Shown: piece by piece, positions 53,065-62,571 of the stretch | Layout of the letters: every line of letters begins with the position of its first letter | How positions within the stretch are numbered: position 1 is the first letter of the stretch | NCBI GenBank assembly: GCA_973895155.1 | Contig: OZ316892.1 | Coordinates: forward strand, 22,011,619 to 22,075,618 | Reading direction: 5' to 3' | From: Marsupella aquatica | Taxonomy: Eukaryota > Plantae > Marchantiophyta | Length of the DNA: 64,000 nt | Notes under the pieces: generated by a model | What the model saw: only the letters and a program-made list of their open reading frames with translations | The model's database searches: none | What the model was told of the DNA's origin: nothing | Made by a program: the position numbers and the translations under genes

Positions 53065-53420
53065 TTTCTAAGTAATATCATTTGGGATGTATCTAAGAAG
53101 AGCTCATAGTTATATTCAAAATCACATACAATGAATCCACTTAAAACCCTAAACAAAGACATCACTTTGCGCATCATTATTGTATTCAGAAATTCACACT
53201 CCAACATTCACAGCTCTAATATAGAATAATTGAAAAACAGAAGTCATCATTGTATTCAGAAATTCACACTCCAACATTCACAAGCTCTAGTATAACAATT
53301 GAAAAAACAGAAGTCTTTATGATGAAGTGATAGAAAGTACACATTTTTCACTCGCATGAGTGAAACAATGGTAACCAAAATATTCAAAAATTCTCTGTTC
53401 TACATGATCAAAGAAAATGT

Positions 53421-54684
53421 TCAACATTTCCGAAGAAACCTAGCATTCCACAATGTATTCATTCCTAACACATTCCGTATGTAGAGTTGTTTCTCTTCTT
53501 TGTTGGGCATTGGCAATGCTGCATCACCACAATACACTGCCTTAATTGATACTTGCACCCAAGGACTCTCAATCATGACACAATGAAATTTATCCTCTCC
53601 TGGTAACCCTATCACTTCACCTCTAGCAACAATTGTAGAGTGATCCACAACGCTTCATACTTCTACAGCATCTCCTTTTGAAAACTGCCACACACAAAAT
53701 TGTTAGAACAAATTACTTTCTTGTAATACTGATTTGGGCATATTATCAATTTAAGAACATAAGCCAACTGAAGACAAATTCACCTTTGCTGCTGGATTTG
53801 GGGAGAGAACTGGTCCTTGTTCACTAGGTGAGTTAGTGATAGGGGTTGATTTCTTGAATCTCTTTGAAGGCCTAGGTGGTGTAGCCTCTTGTTCCTGAAT
53901 TTCATTTGACACTATCTGTTTGTCTGTGATATCAATCTCATCACTCTCACCATTACCAATGTTGCTTTGTACAATGCAAGGTTTCTGGAGTGCTCCCAAA
54001 TTTGCTTATCCCATACTTGGCTTTGGCTTCTGCCTTGTTAAGGTATCTGATTTCTCTTGCTGTGATACAGGATTCTCCCCTGAAGAAGCTACCACAAAAC
54101 CAAACAATGAATGCTTAGAAAACTTCATTCTAAATTGAAAAATAAACTATTGTATATGTAATATGTTTAGAGTATAAGTTTGTATGTTCTTACCATCACC
54201 ATCACCTGAGAAAGTAAGAGAACGTTTCTTGCTACTACCTTTAGGCTCAACCGCCACCTTAGTAGCAATTGCATTTGATAATTGCATATGGAACTGAGTC
54301 TGTTGATTTTGTGCAATGAACGAAGTCATCATAGATGTCAAATTATCCACTTTGAACCGAGCTTTGAACTCAAGCTTGGTTAAATTCTCCACAGATTGTT
54401 CAAGCTTGAGTAATCGAGTTGGTTCCTGAATTGTAGTTTCCCTGGACAGTGGAGTCTACATACACAAACACATCACACAATGTCAATCATCAATGATAAT
54501 TTGAACATCATGGATAACTGATAATCAAAATTGAATATATACAGAGATTTTCATTACATATCGCTGATCCATGTGCAGATCCAGTTCCAACAAAACAACT
54601 GCCTCGATGTTCACCACTGCCCATAGATGGACTGATCTGCACTGGGGGGACTGGACTACTAGACACAAGTTTTGATATAACAGG
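53421..54684 (-). pseudogene. Tnp1/En-Spm-like gene, 3' exons
   Basis: VARGEV...FHCVMI...VQVSIKAV..GDAALPMP...LGMNTLW motif; multi-exon; 5' part displaced by the gypsy insertion. Confidence 0.7.
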
Positions 54685-57600
54685 TGTGGTGCGTCCCATG
54701 GCTCCCTAAACCCAAGAAACCCCCCAGCTCAAGCCGATTCCCGCAGGTCTCGTGCTTGGCGAGGCCGTTTCCGCGGCTTAGCGGCATGGGACGCTGCTAA
54801 CCTTCTACTACTACTATTAACATTTTACACACATATACTGGACAGATCCTTCATCGGGTCATGAGATACGTAGCCGGCCTAATATAGGCCTTCCCCTGTC
54901 TTCCCCTCCGTCTTGTTAGGTATGTTTGGATTCCGCCGCCGGAATGATCCCCAATAGGCTTGGTTAAGCCGCTAAGACCTCTCTCAGCTCGACACATCCA
55001 ACTCTCACTCCCCTGCTTACTTTCCTTCCTTCTGTTGATGTGGGCACTCTTCACACAAGTTAATGCGACACACAAATAGCAAAATGACTCATTCTGACTG
55101 AGTCATACCATGCACTTGCCATACAAACAGTACATCTCATACACAAGTTCTGCGAACTAAGCCGTGAGGCCAACTCTATTCAGCTCTTAGGCATGAGGAA
55201 ACATGAATATACACAAGGGTCACTGTATGACTAACCGAGAGCTTCTCGTACTACTTGATCCCAGCCCGGCTGGTGCAAACTAAAAACTTGCTAAAGAAGA
55301 GGCCCTGAGCTCCCCGCTGCCCAGGTACTTATCCTGGTAGTGGATCCGCCATTCTTTGCATCGTAAGCCTAATCTACTTAACAGTAATCTACTTGCCCGA
55401 ATCTACCTATGTACAGCAAGGCAGGAGCACAAGTGTTGCTCCTACCAGTGGGACCGCAATCCCACTAAGCTAAGTGTCAGGGCCGCTCCTGGTTCTGATC
55501 CTAATCCTAAACGTGGAGATCCGTGCCCGCCCTGCCCACTCACGCCTCCTCCCTCCACGTCCGCCTTCCCTAAAAGGAACGGCGCCCTTGCACCGTCACG
55601 ACACCGGTGGTGGATCCTCAATGGACGCCCCCAACACTTCCTCCTCAGCCATTGCCGTTGGCCCGCCTACTGACAGATTACCTGCCCTTGACCGAGTCAA
55701 CTCTCCATCGGCCTGACTGGGTCCACCTTCGGCTTCAGCCTCGACACCGGCCTCGGCAATACCCACGGCTTCGGCCTCAGCCACTCCCACGGCTTCGGCT
55801 TCAGCCACTCCCTCGGCTTCGGCCTCCCCTTCCCCTAGGGTAGTTGGATCCTTAGCCGTGACCCTGTCTGGGGTCGGTGCTGGGTCTACCTCCTTGATCA
55901 CCACGGCCTGTGAAGTCGTATTACTCCTTGACCCTGGAGGTTTCCACTTCTTCTTCGTTGGTGGCTCGGCAGCTGGTCCCTTCCCCTTCCCACTTACTTC
56001 CGGCACTGGTGCAGTTGACGCGGCTTGTCCTTCGGCAATTACCACCCCTGGTAACTGGTTTGTCCCAACGGGAGATGGACCTGCTGCAGCTAAGCATTTA
56101 AATACTGCGGCTTGTTTCTTCAGCCGCTCTGTTTGGTTGTCGGCCCGCCGCTGTAGGTTCTCCATCTTCCTCGTGATTTCCTCCAACTCCTCTTGGGTTT
56201 CATCCAGGTCCTTACGTGCCCCCTCCAGCTCGTTTTTGGCCTCCTCCTGCTCCCTGTGGGCTTCCTCCAATTCCTTCTTCAAGGTAGCCCTCTCCTCCTG
56301 GGTTGCTCTTAGCTCCTTGTCGAGCTCTGCAATGATGACAGACTCCATCTGGTTCATCTTGGCGTAAGTCTGTTCGAGCATCTCGTCCTTCTCCCTTAGG
56401 TCGGCCTTGAAGCTGGCCGTCAGGGACGCAAGCTCCTGCTGCAGCGCCATAATCCCTTGATAGGATTTCCCTAACTCGACCTCCTTCTGCTCAAGGGCTC
56501 CGCGGATTTTCTCGAGCTCCCCTTTCAACGCCCATTCCTTTCTTTGGGTCTCCGCCATGGCCCGACTGTTGGCTGTTATGTGGGCCTCCTCTGTATTCTT
56601 CAGCTCTTGCTTCCACTTCTCCCTCTCTTTGATCGTGTCGGCCAACTCTTCCTGCGTCTGAGTCAGTTTATCCTTGATATTCTGATTATCAGCCTGCGCG
56701 GCGTCCAACTGCCCCTGCATGATGTTCAGCTCATGTCGTTTAATCCGCAGTTCATCTTGGGCTTTCTTGGCCGCCCTTAGATCTTCAATCTCGGCTCCCA
56801 TCCTCCTAAGCCGCCGAATGACCTCGTCCTTCTTGCTTCTCTCTAAAGCCACCGCTTCTTCTAATTGGTGCTTCTCCAACTGCTCCCTATGGAAAAAGGG
56901 TCCTATCTCCAACTCCTCTCCAAAGATGCCGAGCGCAAGTTCCCCACACATCTCACCATACTCCATGGCTCTATTCTTAGCGTAGGTGGAGTAAGTAGAA
57001 GTGATCGGCATCGCCCATCGTGGCCTCTGCTCCCAAGCCGTCCTGCGGATCTCTTCAATCGTGGCTAGAGGTTTGCTTCCTTTTTCGGCTAGCCGCCTGA
57101 TGTCCTCCGGCCAATCTCCTCCTGGTAAATCCTTTTCCTTAGCCAGGGCGGGCTCTTCCTCCTGCTTGATTCGCTCCTGAAATTCCTGCACCGTCTGTTT
57201 TATGCCGTCGAAGCTCGGGGGAGCAACATCTGGTGGGGGAGACTCAGGGCTACTCTGCTGGTTGGGGTCCCCTCGCACTACCCTTGGAAGTGTGGGGACA
57301 AACCGGCCACAGGTCCTTACTCCTGGAACGTGATGGTCCGACCCATAGCCGGAATTATCATGGCTGCAGTCCTCCACTGCCTCCTCTACTTCTTGGACGT
57401 CCGGCTTCTCCCTCTCCTCTTCGTCGGTAGGAGCTTCAGGCAATTCTGCCTCAGATTCGGAGCTTGAGGTTCCCATGTACATTCGAACACCTGGCTTGGA
57501 TTCCGGCCTGATTCTCTCCTTATCTCCAGCAAAGGGGTTTTCTCTTGTGAGCCGGTGTAGGCCTACCTCTGTAGTAGTGTCCTGCATTGTTGCCGTTGCC

Positions 57601-59340
57601 GTTGTTGTTGTTGTTGCCGATGCCGATTTCTTTTCTTTCTCCAGTAGTTTCAGCAGACTCTGCATGCCTGGTTGCTGCATCGGCAAGTCTTCCTTCCTGG
57701 GCCTAAACACCTGCTCGATCGTAGGACTAACAGGTGGTGGAGGCTTCTCAGCCAACGGCCTCGGTGTTGGAGCTTCCTCGGGTGCCCTTACCTGCAGGGG
57801 AAGTACCGGGGCAAAAGTCTGACCTCTGGCATACCGGCACAACAGCGGCATGTGATAGCCAAGCCGCGACACGCTCCCCATGCCGATTACCTGCTGCTCC
57901 TCCTTTAAGATCTTCTTCAATTGGTTGAGGAGGTACCCGTTGTAGTCCCGGCTTGGGTCTGGCCTTTCTGCCAGATAGACCTGTGCCTTGCCGATCTCTG
58001 CCCTCGGCAAGTTACAATGCATGGTCACCCGCAAGAAGTCGATCATCTCTCCTATGTGCGGGTTGGTGCAGGTGTTCCGGAAGAAGCCATTCTTCGTTGA
58101 TGGCCCGGGGAACGACCGGAACTCCTTGTCAGGCAAGGTCTTCCTGGTATCAACTTTGGTCTTATTGCCCATCGGCAAGCCAAACACTTCGGCAATCACC
58201 TTGGGAGTAAGATAGAAATCCTTCCCATATATCCTCGTGCAATTAGTCTCGGGTTCCCATGACCCCACGAATTCTAATAGGTCTGACTCCGGTACCTCCG
58301 GCTTCAGCCATGGTAATCTTACAAAGGCCTCCAAGCCGGATCCGGCCATGAAGCCTTGGTACTTCTTGGTCTGCATGGCCGTAAAGCATGCATCCTCCTC
58401 CCGTGCAAAATGTAGTTGCACCTCCACCGGTAGGGTTGCCGCCCAGCCCTTCCAGGTGTCATCCCTGGTTGGAATGGCCTTGATGGGATCGACCTCCTCC
58501 TCTTCGGCTTCTCCCTGCCTCCTGCTCTGCTGCTCGGCTGGCTTCTTTGGTGCCGCCGACCTCGTTCTTTTTGCCGGGGTGGCTTCATCGTTGACGGCTC
58601 CCTTCCTCTTCATCTCTGCTGCCGTGGAGGTTTCTCCTAGCACCATTGCCTGGGTCCACCTTTCCGTGCTACCCTTTAATTCCCAGTGTATGTCGTTGCA
58701 GTTCTTGATGGCCTCTCGGATGCCGACGACGCTGTCTTTGCAAAACAGAAGATCGTCGAGTTGATTGGAAGTAGGCGTCCACAGGAACTCGTCCTTGATG
58801 AGTTCGCCTCCTAAGAAAGCCGTCTTGTGCAGCTCCCACAATCGAGCGAGCTCCTGCCGTTCTCGAGCTGCCCTTTCTGACTCCTCGTCCTCGTAAGTCT
58901 TGATGTACTCAGTTGCCCGTTCGAACAGGCATCCCCAGAAATGTGCCGCTTGATTGACGTTGCTCATACCCTCCTTAGGTCGATCGTCGGTATCTACTCT
59001 CTCCCCGAGTGCTTGCCTAAGCAGCTGACAGTAGTTGGCCTCCCGTAGTCGTCTGCCTAGTTCGTGCTCGCAAATGAGCCACCATCTCCTGCAAGCGCTC
59101 CTTACCCCTCTCCTCTGCCGGTCCTTCTTCCCGTTGATCCTTCCTAGCCGCCGACGCTTAACGCGCCCTAACCCTAATCGGGTTTTCACCCTCAGCCTTA
59201 CCTCCGGCCTCTGCCCGGGTTCCATGGTTGCCCCTAATTGTTTATATTTTCCTTGTTTTGTCACTATACTAAGGTGTTCCTAGGATGCCTTCCTGCTTTA
59301 CCCACTTAACCGGCCGAGTGATTCCTGTCTAGGCATCACA
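54685..59340 (-). mobile_element. 3' LTR of the gypsy element, 4656 bp, containing a long ORF
   Basis: Starts TGTGATGC immediately after a purine tract; ends GCACCACA (7/8 inverted match) where the CACTA gene resumes. 5' LTR and TSD are outside the window. Confidence 0.75.
55596..59264 (-). CDS. 1222-aa retrotransposon extra protein (globular plant-TE domain, Pro/acidic linker, long coiled coil)
   Basis: Uninterrupted 3.67-kb ORF, same strand as pol; homologue at 34660-37435. True start uncertain. Confidence 0.85.
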   Translation of the reverse strand: MTKQGKYKQLGATMEPGQRPEVRLRVKTRLGLGRVKRRRLGRINGKKDRQRRGVRSACRRWWLICEHELGRRLREANYCQLLRQALGERVDTDDRPKEGMSNVNQAAHFWGCLFERATEYIKTYEDEESERAARERQELARLWELHKTAFLGGELIKDEFLWTPTSNQLDDLLFCKDSVVGIREAIKNCNDIHWELKGSTERWTQAMVLGETSTAAEMKRKGAVNDEATPAKRTRSAAPKKPAEQQSRRQGEAEEEEVDPIKAIPTRDDTWKGWAATLPVEVQLHFAREEDACFTAMQTKKYQGFMAGSGLEAFVRLPWLKPEVPESDLLEFVGSWEPETNCTRIYGKDFYLTPKVIAEVFGLPMGNKTKVDTRKTLPDKEFRSFPGPSTKNGFFRNTCTNPHIGEMIDFLRVTMHCNLPRAEIGKAQVYLAERPDPSRDYNGYLLNQLKKILKEEQQVIGMGSVSRLGYHMPLLCRYARGQTFAPVLPLQVRAPEEAPTPRPLAEKPPPPVSPTIEQVFRPRKEDLPMQQPGMQSLLKLLEKEKKSASATTTTTATATMQDTTTEVGLHRLTRENPFAGDKERIRPESKPGVRMYMGTSSSESEAELPEAPTDEEEREKPDVQEVEEAVEDCSHDNSGYGSDHHVPGVRTCGRFVPTLPRVVRGDPNQQSSPESPPPDVAPPSFDGIKQTVQEFQERIKQEEEPALAKEKDLPGGDWPEDIRRLAEKGSKPLATIEEIRRTAWEQRPRWAMPITSTYSTYAKNRAMEYGEMCGELALGIFGEELEIGPFFHREQLEKHQLEEAVALERSKKDEVIRRLRRMGAEIEDLRAAKKAQDELRIKRHELNIMQGQLDAAQADNQNIKDKLTQTQEELADTIKEREKWKQELKNTEEAHITANSRAMAETQRKEWALKGELEKIRGALEQKEVELGKSYQGIMALQQELASLTASFKADLREKDEMLEQTYAKMNQMESVIIAELDKELRATQEERATLKKELEEAHREQEEAKNELEGARKDLDETQEELEEITRKMENLQRRADNQTERLKKQAAVFKCLAAAGPSPVGTNQLPGVVIAEGQAASTAPVPEVSGKGKGPAAEPPTKKKWKPPGSRSNTTSQAVVIKEVDPAPTPDRVTAKDPTTLGEGEAEAEGVAEAEAVGVAEAEAVGIAEAGVEAEAEGGPSQADGELTRSRAGNLSVGGPTAMAEEEVLGASIEDPPPVS

Positions 59341-62300
59341 TAGCTCCCCACTTAATTGTGAAGCGTCCTCGCGAACAACTTCATCTTCGTCCATATAGTA
59401 TTTCTTGAGGCGGTCATAATGGATGCGAACTGGATATACCTCTCCCGTAATATTGGCCAATTGCACGGAGCCATTGGGGAACATCATGGTTACTCTAAAG
59501 GGTCCTAACCAGCGAGTGTAAAGCTTTCCTAGAAACCTACTATACCTACTGTCATAAAGTAGCACAAGATCACCGGTATGAATACTAACTACTTTTAACC
59601 TTTTATCATACTGCTGCTTCATGATATTCTGTCTATATTCTACTCTCTCGGCTGAAATCATTCTCGCTTCCTCTAAAGCTTCTAACCTATATTCTCGCTC
59701 CTTTAGGCTCTCCTCCGCTGAGGCTCTTTCCTCAATTGTAACTTGAAATGTCGGTATCTCAAGTTGCATGGGTACCAGGGCTTCTTGTCCAAAGGTTAAG
59801 AAGAAGGGTGTATGACCGGTAGTGGATTTATAGGCCAGATTGTAAGCAAAAACAGCAGCAAACAATTTATCATCCCAATCGAGTTTGTTCTGAGCTACTG
59901 TCTTGTTCAATATCTTTCCTATGATCCCGTTTGCTCGTTCTGTCAACCCGTTTGCCTTTGGATGGTAGGGAGTAGTAGGCCTATGTTTAACTAAATACTG
60001 CTCATTTAAACGACTAATTATATCATTCAAAAAATGGGTTCCTCTATCACTAACTAATTCTAGGGGTGCTCCATACCTGGTGAAGATCTGCTCATACATG
60101 AATCTAGCCGTAGTAATTGCATCATCCTTCGTTGTTGGTCTGGCCTCTACCCATTTAGTTGCATAATCCGTAGCCAGGATTATGTACTTGTTCCGTCGAG
60201 GGTGGGTCAGTGGTTTCAGAGGTCCAATGTAATCAATACCCCACTTCTCGAATGGTGCCAGAGGTAGAATAGGGTGCAGTGGATGCCTGGTGGACGCCCT
60301 TGGTCCTCCCGCTCGTTGACAAGGATCGCATTGTTTGATAAACTGATAGACATCTTTGTGCAAGGTGGGCCACCAGTAACCGGCATTTAATATCTTCTTA
60401 GATGTGGTTACTGGGGAAAAATGTCCTCCGGCCTCCTCTCCATGCATGGCCCGTAGGACTCGTTTTACCTCTCTCTTTTCCAAACACCTTTGAATCGTGC
60501 CGTTGATTCCATGCTTGTGCAGTATGCCTTTAATGCACTGATACTGTCTGACCTTCCGCACAAAGACTGCGGCTTGCTCTCGGCTTAATCCTGGCTGTAA
60601 TCTGGAAGTGCTGAGAAATTGTAAAATCTCAGGGTACCATGTACCAGCTATTTCCACAACGAATAGCTCCTCGTCGGGGAATCGATCATCAATGCAATCC
60701 GTGGCAGGTTTACCTGTGATCCTTGAAAAGAAGTCGGCATTGGCATGTAACTTTCCCGGCTTGATCCTCAGCTCATAGTCAAACTCCTGTAATAGCAAAA
60801 TCCATCTTGCTACTCTGCCTGTAAGGTCCGGCTTATTGACTAGGTACTTCAAACTTTCATGATCAGTATGAAAGATTACCTTGTACCCTAGTAAATAATG
60901 CCTAAACTTTTTACAAGAATAAATGACTCCTAATGCTTCTCTTTCCGTGGTAGAGTAGTTCCGTTCGGCATCGGCAAGCTGACGGCTTGCGAAGTATATG
61001 GGATGGTCCCTTCCTTTCTCATCCAACTGACTTAGTATTGAGCCAATACAGAAGCCCGAGACATCTACAAAAACATGAAAATCTTTGTTCCAGTCCGGTG
61101 CTATCATGACTGGGGCCTCTACTAACATCTGCTTCAATTCTACCACCGCTGTGACTCGTTCGGGTGTGGGTTCGAAGTCTGCTCCTGCCTTGAGCATATT
61201 GGTTAATGGTAAAGCCAGCTTGGCAAAATCCTTGATGAACCGGCGATAGTAACCAATGCATCCCAAGAAGGATCTTACATCCTTTATGTTCTTAGGTTGC
61301 ATGATATCTAGCCATACTGCTAGCTTACCTTTGTCAATCTCAATGCCCTTCCTTGATACCTTGTGACCTAGTAGCACCCCCTCGGTTACTGCAAAAAAAC
61401 ATTTATCTGGGTGTAACTTGAGACCCACCTCTCTACATCTCATGAAGGTTTTCCTGAGGTATTTAGCATGTTTCGATGCCTTCCCGAATACTGCAAAGTC
61501 ATCAATGAAGATTTCCATGAACTTTCTCAAGTAATCATGAAAAATGTTCACCATTAATCGTTGGAACATAGCTGGTGCGTTGCAGAGTCCAAACGACATA
61601 CGATTGAAGACATAGATCCCCCATTCCGTGATGAAGGCCGTCTTGATTTGGTCTTCCTGCCGAATCCTGATTTGGTTATAACCAGAGTATCCATCCATGA
61701 ATGAATATAGTTCATGACTGGCTACCATGTCTAGTACCATATCAGTAAACGGTAACGGAAAATGGTCTTTTAATGTTGCTTCATTCAGCTTCCTGTAATC
61801 CTGACAAACCCGGATCTTGGGTTTACCATCGGGTCCAGCTTTCTTGGGAACTATCACAATTGGAGACACCCAGTCTGAATGCAGGACTGGAGTGATGAAT
61901 CCAGCTTCCACTAGTTTGTCGATTTCTGTTTTGACCAGCAGGGAATACTTCGGGTTCATCCTTCGAATTGGTTGTCGAAATGATTTGGCTCCTAACATGA
62001 GATCAATTCGATGTTCCCCTAGTGTTGGATCTACTCCCTTTAGATCTTGGTGACTCCATGCAAACACATCCTGAAATTCAATCAATAAGTCACTGATCTC
62101 TTTCTCGAGCTCAGGTGCTAGGTTTCTCCCTAAGTTCAGTTCTCTTCCCTCTCCTAAGTCGAGCTTCCGATATTGCCGTGCTTGGATCATATTAATCTGC
62201 TTCTTCAAATTCGGGTCCAGTTCGGCTTCCAGTCTCTCTAATCTCATACCTCCATAAACTGGGATCTCGGCTGGACTAGCCGAGTCGGTCCCTTCCTTGG

Positions 62301-62571
62301 TGTCCATAGATTGTCCCCTTACCGGTCTATTCGGTTTTGAATTAGTGGTCGGCTCCCCTTCCTGCCTTGGCTCTAGATCGTGTCTGTCCATCTCATCCAC
62401 CTCTTGCTCCTGAGAGTTAGGCCGCTGTGCTCTCTCGGCTTCTAATAGGGCCTCAATTTGTTCTGCCCTCGTAATCGGCTTGTATGCCGATCCCTTGGTA
62501 TTTAATTCCTTGCCGATGATCGATGGCGTTGTGGACCCCGTCGGCTCTGCCACAACGCCTGCAGAAAATCC
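59329..62571 (-). CDS. pol: Ty3/gypsy Pol (RT, RNase H, integrase), non-chromovirus Athila/Phygy-like, intact
   Basis: VSPIVIVPKK, DYRKLN..T.KDHFPLP, DGYSGYNQI, FIDD, NYSTTERE, H..GH..C..C, WGIDYIGP, SDRG.HF, GPF. No chromodomain and no Tat-type extra RNase H. Confidence 0.96.
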   Translation of the reverse strand, partial: GFSAGVVAEPTGSTTPSIIGKELNTKGSAYKPITRAEQIEALLEAERAQRPNSQEQEVDEMDRHDLEPRQEGEPTTNSKPNRPVRGQSMDTKEGTDSASPAEIPVYGGMRLERLEAELDPNLKKQINMIQARQYRKLDLGEGRELNLGRNLAPELEKEISDLLIEFQDVFAWSHQDLKGVDPTLGEHRIDLMLGAKSFRQPIRRMNPKYSLLVKTEIDKLVEAGFITPVLHSDWVSPIVIVPKKAGPDGKPKIRVCQDYRKLNEATLKDHFPLPFTDMVLDMVASHELYSFMDGYSGYNQIRIRQEDQIKTAFITEWGIYVFNRMSFGLCNAPAMFQRLMVNIFHDYLRKFMEIFIDDFAVFGKASKHAKYLRKTFMRCREVGLKLHPDKCFFAVTEGVLLGHKVSRKGIEIDKGKLAVWLDIMQPKNIKDVRSFLGCIGYYRRFIKDFAKLALPLTNMLKAGADFEPTPERVTAVVELKQMLVEAPVMIAPDWNKDFHVFVDVSGFCIGSILSQLDEKGRDHPIYFASRQLADAERNYSTTEREALGVIYSCKKFRHYLLGYKVIFHTDHESLKYLVNKPDLTGRVARWILLLQEFDYELRIKPGKLHANADFFSRITGKPATDCIDDRFPDEELFVVEIAGTWYPEILQFLSTSRLQPGLSREQAAVFVRKVRQYQCIKGILHKHGINGTIQRCLEKREVKRVLRAMHGEEAGGHFSPVTTSKKILNAGYWWPTLHKDVYQFIKQCDPCQRAGGPRASTRHPLHPILPLAPFEKWGIDYIGPLKPLTHPRRNKYIILATDYATKWVEARPTTKDDAITTARFMYEQIFTRYGAPLELVSDRGTHFLNDIISRLNEQYLVKHRPTTPYHPKANGLTERANGIIGKILNKTVAQNKLDWDDKLFAAVFAYNLAYKSTTGHTPFFLTFGQEALVPMQLEIPTFQVTIEERASAEESLKEREYRLEALEEARMISAERVEYRQNIMKQQYDKRLKVVSIHTGDLVLLYDSRYSRFLGKLYTRWLGPFRVTMMFPNGSVQLANITGEVYPVRIHYDRLKKYYMDEDEVVREDASQLSGELCDA
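59341..59355 (-). promoter_or_regulatory. Polypurine tract
   Basis: Minus strand TTAAGTGGGGAGCTA|TGTGATG, overlapping the last pol codons. Confidence 0.65.

Larger units (their letters stand above)
41519..54684. mobile_element. Outer CACTA element (left end only; interrupted by the inner CACTA and the gypsy)
   Basis: CACTAGTGGAAAA terminus; ATGAC/GTCAT subterminal repeats resume after 52650; Tnp1-like gene at 53421-54684. Confidence 0.75.

Noticed and set aside
52779-53207. ORFs with YDTLNDTL / VSLRVSY repeats
   Set aside because: Translations of a 12-bp minisatellite that is open in several frames.
55596-59264. env gene call
   Set aside because: No signal peptide or hydrophobic TM segment visible; the C-terminus is coiled coil and low complexity.
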